Positions 59,001-64,000 of a DNA stretch of 64,000 nucleotides are shown here, piece after piece. The first letter of the stretch is position 1, and each line of letters starts with the position of its first letter. The notes beneath the pieces are model-generated. The model had not been told where the DNA came from and did not search any database. It saw nothing but the letters and a program-made list of their open reading frames with translations. Position numbers and translations under genes: made by a program. The DNA lies in NCBI GenBank assembly GCA_051294905.1, contig CM119371.1:31930001-31994000 (forward strand). Direction: 5' to 3'. The DNA is from Botryllus schlosseri. Taxonomy: Eukaryota.

Positions 59001-59830
59001 CTGAAAAAAATTCATATCAATTTTAGCAATTTCTATTTTTATTAATTCAATGCAATATTCATTATTATTGGAAAATCTTTACGATACTAATTATAAAATG
59101 CGACTTTAACCAGACTGCCTAGATTTACAAATCAGAGCGAAATTTCGGTAATCTAATTCTAATCAAATTAGTGAAATGTAAGTGCTCAAATTTTAGCTCC
59201 ATTTCTAATTCCAACCTAATTTGGAGAAGTTCGAAATTTCATAGTTTCCCGCCACAAAAATTTGTGTTGCAATACCGGAACTGTTATGCTCCGTTGGTAT
59301 AAGAACACCCTTTTGTAGAATTTATATTCTTGTAACAAATGGGCATCTTATACAAAGTCCGAAATCAATATATCTAGAAGATGGCTAGGTGAAGTCGATG
59401 CCAGTAGTGTCTTATACAACAGCAACAGCTTTCTTACTCTCTGAAATAGGCTGGAAGGCCTAGAACTTATGAAAATCTCAAATGAAATTCGCACGTTCTT
59501 TACGTGACTCAAGACAATGCAAGAAACGTCTGTCTCATACAACAGTCGAATTATTGTCTGAAATACTTTTGAAGGCTAAAATCTTAGGGAAAGCTCAAAT
59601 TAAATTCAGATATTGTGTTGCGTAAAACACACAAATATCCGGAAGTCAAATCTACACAGGAAACGGATGTCTTACGGACTATCTGAAAAGTCACAATTTT
59701 AAGAACAAAACACACCCTTTACTGGAAGATCTATCACAGAAATATCAGTGTCTTGCAAGTGTTTATTAAAGTCTACAAAACCAGCCAAACACAGCAATTT
59801 ATTATTAAAAACAGGAAATGAAATACACAC

Positions 59831-60032
59831 CGTTGACCATATCCAATGCCATGTCCACGGGCCAGTACATGTCGTTGAAGCCTGTGTTTTCGTACAGCTG
59901 CAACACGGATTCGTTCGGATTTTTCAAAGACGCCACGTTGATGGTTCTGCGGCTCTGATCGACCCAGAAGATATTCGAAGCGAAAATATCAATGTCGATA
60001 GCGACTGGTGTGCCGGCGTTAAGGTCAATAAT
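59831..60032 (-). CDS. LRP-like receptor, YWTD repeat 2 exon
   Basis: ttttacag acceptor phase 0, G|GTGTGT donor phase 1; PVAIDIDIFASNIFWVD and WPVDMALDMVN. Confidence 0.92.
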
Positions 60033-60929
60033 CTGTAAAAATTGACAAAATATTACATTTTTTGGAAACAATCAATGATTAAGAGACAGAAAGATATTAA
60101 ATCACAATATTTTAAGATCGTTTTAAAAAAACACTAGGACTCAATCAGATTGATACATGAGCAAGGTTGTGATGACTCGAGTCCTGATTTTCTGGGGACT
60201 CGACTTGACTTGAGTCATCTTTGCAAATGCGTAAATCGATCTACAGCATTGGGGTGAGTCTGCATAGTCATTGAACGATCAATGACCTAGCTAAGCTGTT
60301 TAACAACACTGGTTAACTGTTTTCAAAGTGCGAGAACCCTTGGGACGAATACTGTCGCGCCAATATTTCTTACAATTCATGGGGTGTTTATGGACGTAAA
60401 TTCATAAATTATGGAAACAAGGAAAATAGACACAATGAAATATCATAATATATATTTTTTTCACCGGAATGCCTGTACCGGTATAGGAGTTATTTATATC
60501 TACTAAAATGTCACGCTACATTCCAATCGCAGTATCAACGCTATAACTAATTGTTGTCACGTTACAGCCATTCGCAATATCAAAACAGTAAAACTAAAAT
60601 GTCAGGAATTCGAAATTCAAATACCGAATTCAAATCTAGTTAATCCTAGAAACCACTGTTTTGCCTAAAAAATTAGGATTGTAAAATTCAGAAATATCCG
60701 GTAACTTGAGGTTTACCAAGAGGACACTTTTCAAAAATTTTAAAATCTGTAATACAGTGATTTGGAAAAATTTTGAGTAAAAGCGTTGGGTTGACTAAAT
60801 AGTACCTGCTGAAATACCCATTTCTTCCTATAATACTTCGGATGACTAAAAATGAAAAGGTCATTTTTCTGATTTCTCTCTCGGAATACCAGTCAGGGCG
60901 TATTTTCCCTTCCTTTTTTGGCAAATCCT

Positions 60930-61078
60930 TGCGTTCAGTTCGTCAGAGTTCAATTTTTGCAAGTATTTTGACCCTTTTTCCAGAAAAAGAGGGCAGTTGG
61001 GCGTCCTCCGAGGACACTTTAGATTTATTGAAAAAAGAGAGGACAAATCCTCTTAAAAGAGGGCGTACGGCGACCCTA
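60930..61078 (-). mobile_element. Blackjack-like hAT end
   Basis: Reverse complement begins tagggtcgccgtacgccctcttttaagaggat, matching 40571 and 45555. Confidence 0.6.
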
Positions 61079-61201
61079 GACAACTTGGATACAAAAAAAA
61101 GCATACTAGCATCGAATTCGTTCTGACTATTTCGTCACAGGAATTTCAAAGGCAAAATTTCCGGTCGGAGACTTTACGAATATCATATCAGAAAAACGTA
61201 C

Positions 61202-61371
61202 CTTCTCGCGTTCAGAGCCTGTCCATTTGTAGATGGCCGCGGTCAGCTTGTCAGCCACAAATACATCATCACCGTCAGACGCCATACTATGATGTAACGT
61301 TATAAAGAATATAACAAGGCAAACCAATACGTCGCTAATATCAAATACCTTTCGACCCAAAACGCAGACAT
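61202..61371 (-). CDS. LRP-like receptor, most 5' exon seen (YWTD repeat 1); 5' boundary uncertain
   Basis: AAG|GTACGT donor phase 0; SMASDGDDVFVADKLTAAIYKW preceded by hydrophobic VLVCLVIFFITL; the ATG at 61371 is one base out of frame. Confidence 0.7.
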
Positions 61372-61749
61372 TGAACGATTAGATACCGGCTTCCTAGACA
61401 GTGCCTCGTCAAGATTACCAAATCTCGCGGTATGATATTCAGACGCTACCACCAGTTCTGGGACTGAAGCCGGCCCTTGATTTATCAACGTACAGCCGTT
61501 GTTTCTCTGAAATCAACGTCATATTTTTAAAACCTAATCCTGTCACTGATTTTAGCTACATACCCTAATCCCAATCCATAATTGATTTGTTATATCCAAC
61601 TGAATTATATATTCATAATGGAATGAACCTGGGTAATTTCAGGGCGTGATTACTGAATATTCGAAATTTCAAACCTGTGACGTCATATTTTGTGGCACGA
61701 TCATTGATATGCAATGTCCGTTACAATTCTCTGCTAGTTGCAGACGATT

Positions 61750-61783
61750 ACCCCTGACGAGTGTCAGCCGAAAATAGTAGGGT
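61750..61783 (+). ncRNA. Second candidate minimal hammerhead ribozyme
   Basis: ACCC-CTGACGA-GtgtcagcC-GAAA-ATAG-TA-GGGT inside a diverged copy of the 49419-49706 element. Confidence 0.4.
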
Positions 61784-61869
61784 TCATTTCCGTATCGATA
61801 TACTAATCAATTTTAAATATACGTGCCGCAATGTTATAGCATTCGTGGTGGGTGGTATAGCGTTATATA

Positions 61870-62651
61870 CCGTAATTTTCCAAATATAGTGCGCCCCCAT
61901 GTATAATACGCACCCTTAAAATGGCGTGTAAATTCTTGGAAAAAACCTGTACCCATGTATAGTACGCACCCTGCATTCGTGGTACATGAACAGCTGTGTT
62001 TTAGTACACAATGTTGTTCTGTTTTTCGTTGTCACTGTCGAACAATCATGACATAACCATCGCTAATCATTATACAATGAACAGCATTGTCTCTAAACTA
62101 GAGTAGATAGTAGCCAAAGCCTGCGAGGCCGGTGACGCGATATTTCAAGCTAACGACACACGACATCTTGCACACGAGGCCTATTACAATTACAGATTGC
62201 TCAGGCCAAGGGTTATGTCGTGCGCACCAGGTCTGTTGGAGATGCGACTGATTACGCAAGCGATTATATCTTGCGCACATGGCCTCTGTGTATGCGATTG
62301 TTAAGACCTGTCGTTGACGCGATGAATCAGCAAGGATTGCCGCGGACGCTCGTAGAAATCAGCGACCTAATTTCGCTCGCCTACAGACGGCTAACTAACG
62401 CAACACGCTTTTCGTTAATTGGCAACAAGCTCCTCTATTTGGCAGCGCGTTACACTCTATAATACGAATTACGGGACACGATGGCTAGAGGTGATGCACG
62501 ATTGGAAACAAACATGAGGAGAGGTGTATTTCAAGTTTTTGACCGAGGGGAATTTTTTTCAAGGCTTGCTGTACCCATGTATAATACGCACCCCCCAATT
62601 TTAAGGCAAAAAATCGGTAAAATTTTGCGAATTATACATGGAAAATTTCGG
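61870..62651. mobile_element. Tc2-like MITE
   Basis: TA|ccgtaattttcc ... ggaaaatttcgg|TA. Confidence 0.9.
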
Positions 62652-62699
62652 TATACGTGAATGTGCAGTAGTGCTGTTAAAGGAAAAAATTTTGAATTT

Positions 62700-62893
62700 T
62701 GCACACTGGAAGCGGACTTATTGGCGTCGAGAAATTTTGGATTTGAATAAAATAGTATTTACGGTGACCAATTTTTTAATTATTTATTATAGTTGTGCCC
62801 ACCGTAAATACTATTTTATTCAAATCCAAATTTTTCGACGGCAATAACTCCGCTTCCACTGGTTGGAATTGAACCAAATTTGGTGAGCATCGT
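62700..62893. mobile_element. Central fragment of the palindromic MITE family, cut by the LINE
   Basis: Matches about 52910-53097 and stops at ggtgagcatcgt. Confidence 0.8.
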
Positions 62894-64000
62894 ATTTGGT
62901 TGTATTAAGCTTTAAAGAACGAACCGGAGCCGCTTAGAGTAACCGTAATAGTTAGTTGGTATAATTTTTTCTTAGGTTAACCTACTCCTCACTCTCTCTT
63001 TTCGTCGTCCTTGGATTTCCTTTTCAACTTCGAGCCTTCTTCAGACTCAAACCTTCTCCCTCCTCGAGACTTGACTCCCCTTCCCGAGTCAGGTCTCGTA
63101 GGAGTCTGTACCTACCTCTGCGAGAGCTTGACTCGTCTTCTTGAGTCAACTCTCGTTGGAGTCTTTTCTCTTCAGGTCCTGACTCGACCGTGTGAGTCAG
63201 GACTTGTTGAGTCTTTCCTTTAGAGACTTGGCTCTATCTTGAGTCAAGCCACTCTTTCTTGTCTACGACACAAATCTCTCTTGTGTATCGTAAGACCTTC
63301 TCTTCAGTCTAGACGCCCCTAATTACCTAGTGTCTGCGTCTAGCAAACCAGCTGCAACCGCAGTATCGGCTTTACAAAGAGTGCCTTAAGCAGTACGAAC
63401 GAGTTGCAACCGCTCGCAAATGGCCTACGCCAATGCCGTAAACCACAGCCAAGCGGCTACCAACACTGAGAGAATAATCTACGGTCATAGACCTAGATCT
63501 CTAGATATAATAACGCCGCACGGCACCAAAACAAGCGAGGTATTGGACGCAATAATAAAGCATCCAGAACTGAAGTTATACAGAGAATATATCTTCTCAA
63601 TTTACCAGATCGGGTGGAACACTTACAACCTCACACTGTACAAAGATTCGCCGATAGACATTCTCATACCAACCCTCCTAGAGATAGGCGCAAAAGGCAT
63701 TCCTTCAGTACATGGGAACTTACTAATAGAGAAGCCGAGACCTCCGACAGCTCGTATAAGCATACGAGCCGTCCCTTCAGAAGTAGAGCAACAAGAGGTA
63801 GTCGACAAACTCAGGCTATACAAGTGCGGTAACATCATCGCTATCAGAATGATCTACCACAGCGGCACCAGAATCCATAACGGATTTAGACAGGTGGATA
63901 TCGAAGACTATATCCCAGGACAAATACCAGCCTTTGTAACTCTTGGAGAAGCACCCTGTAAGGTCTTCCACCCACCAGGGGAGGATCATACGAAATGCTT
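62894..64000 (+). mobile_element. 5' end of an L1/Tx1-type non-LTR retrotransposon
   Basis: About 525-bp pyrimidine-rich 5' UTR followed by an ORF1-like frame running off the window. Confidence 0.75.
63420..64000 (+). CDS. LINE ORF1 (RRM plus start of CCHC knuckle; ZCCHC3/Tx1-like), partial
   Basis: Translated by hand, no stop: MAYANAV...TARISIRAVPSEVEQQEVVDKLRLYKCGNII...RIHNGFRQVDI...IPAFVTLGEAPCKVFHPPGEDHTKC. Absent from the ORF track, presumably because it has no stop. Confidence 0.8.
   Translation, partial: MAYANAVNHSQAATNTERIIYGHRPRSLDIITPHGTKTSEVLDAIIKHPELKLYREYIFSIYQIGWNTYNLTLYKDSPIDILIPTLLEIGAKGIPSVHGNLLIEKPRPPTARISIRAVPSEVEQQEVVDKLRLYKCGNIIAIRMIYHSGTRIHNGFRQVDIEDYIPGQIPAFVTLGEAPCKVFHPPGEDHTKC

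Noticed and set aside
55230-63252. CRISPR-like appearance of the 55.3-kb array and the 63.1-kb hairpins
   Set aside because: Eukaryotic context, no cas genes, and the intervening sequences are homologous rather than unique spacers.

Overview
AT-rich animal genomic DNA with GT-AG introns. A marine invertebrate such as a tunicate is a guess and cannot be shown from sequence. 1-52 kb is a same-strand (+) tandem cluster of about 14 single-exon C2H2 zinc-finger cassettes, labelled Z1-Z14. Z3, Z4, Z5, Z7, Z11 and Z13 have long open frames, Z1 is cut by the window edge, Z2 carries one in-frame stop, and the rest are pseudogenes or truncated relics. The spacers are built from shared duplicated blocks and many non-autonomous DNA transposons (hAT-type with 8-bp TSDs, Tc1/mariner Tc2-type with TA TSDs, palindromic MITEs). 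55-61.4 kb holds six phase-consistent minus-strand exons of an LRP1/cueball-like receptor (YWTD propeller, EGF-like, TM, NPxY and dileucine tail). The right edge is the 5' end of an L1/Tx1-type non-LTR retrotransposon. The leads most worth checking are: (1) six diverged ZF cassettes each open with a branch-point/AG acceptor exactly 75 stop-free, in-frame nt before the ATG and have no effector domain, which suggests alternative terminal exons or trans-splice acceptors; (2) paralog differences concentrate at DNA-contact helix positions; (3) a 288-bp TSD-flanked insertion and a second copy both carry a complete minimal hammerhead ribozyme core; (4) a 1.43-kb palindrome. All protein identities come from motif recognition by eye; no searches or folding were run.
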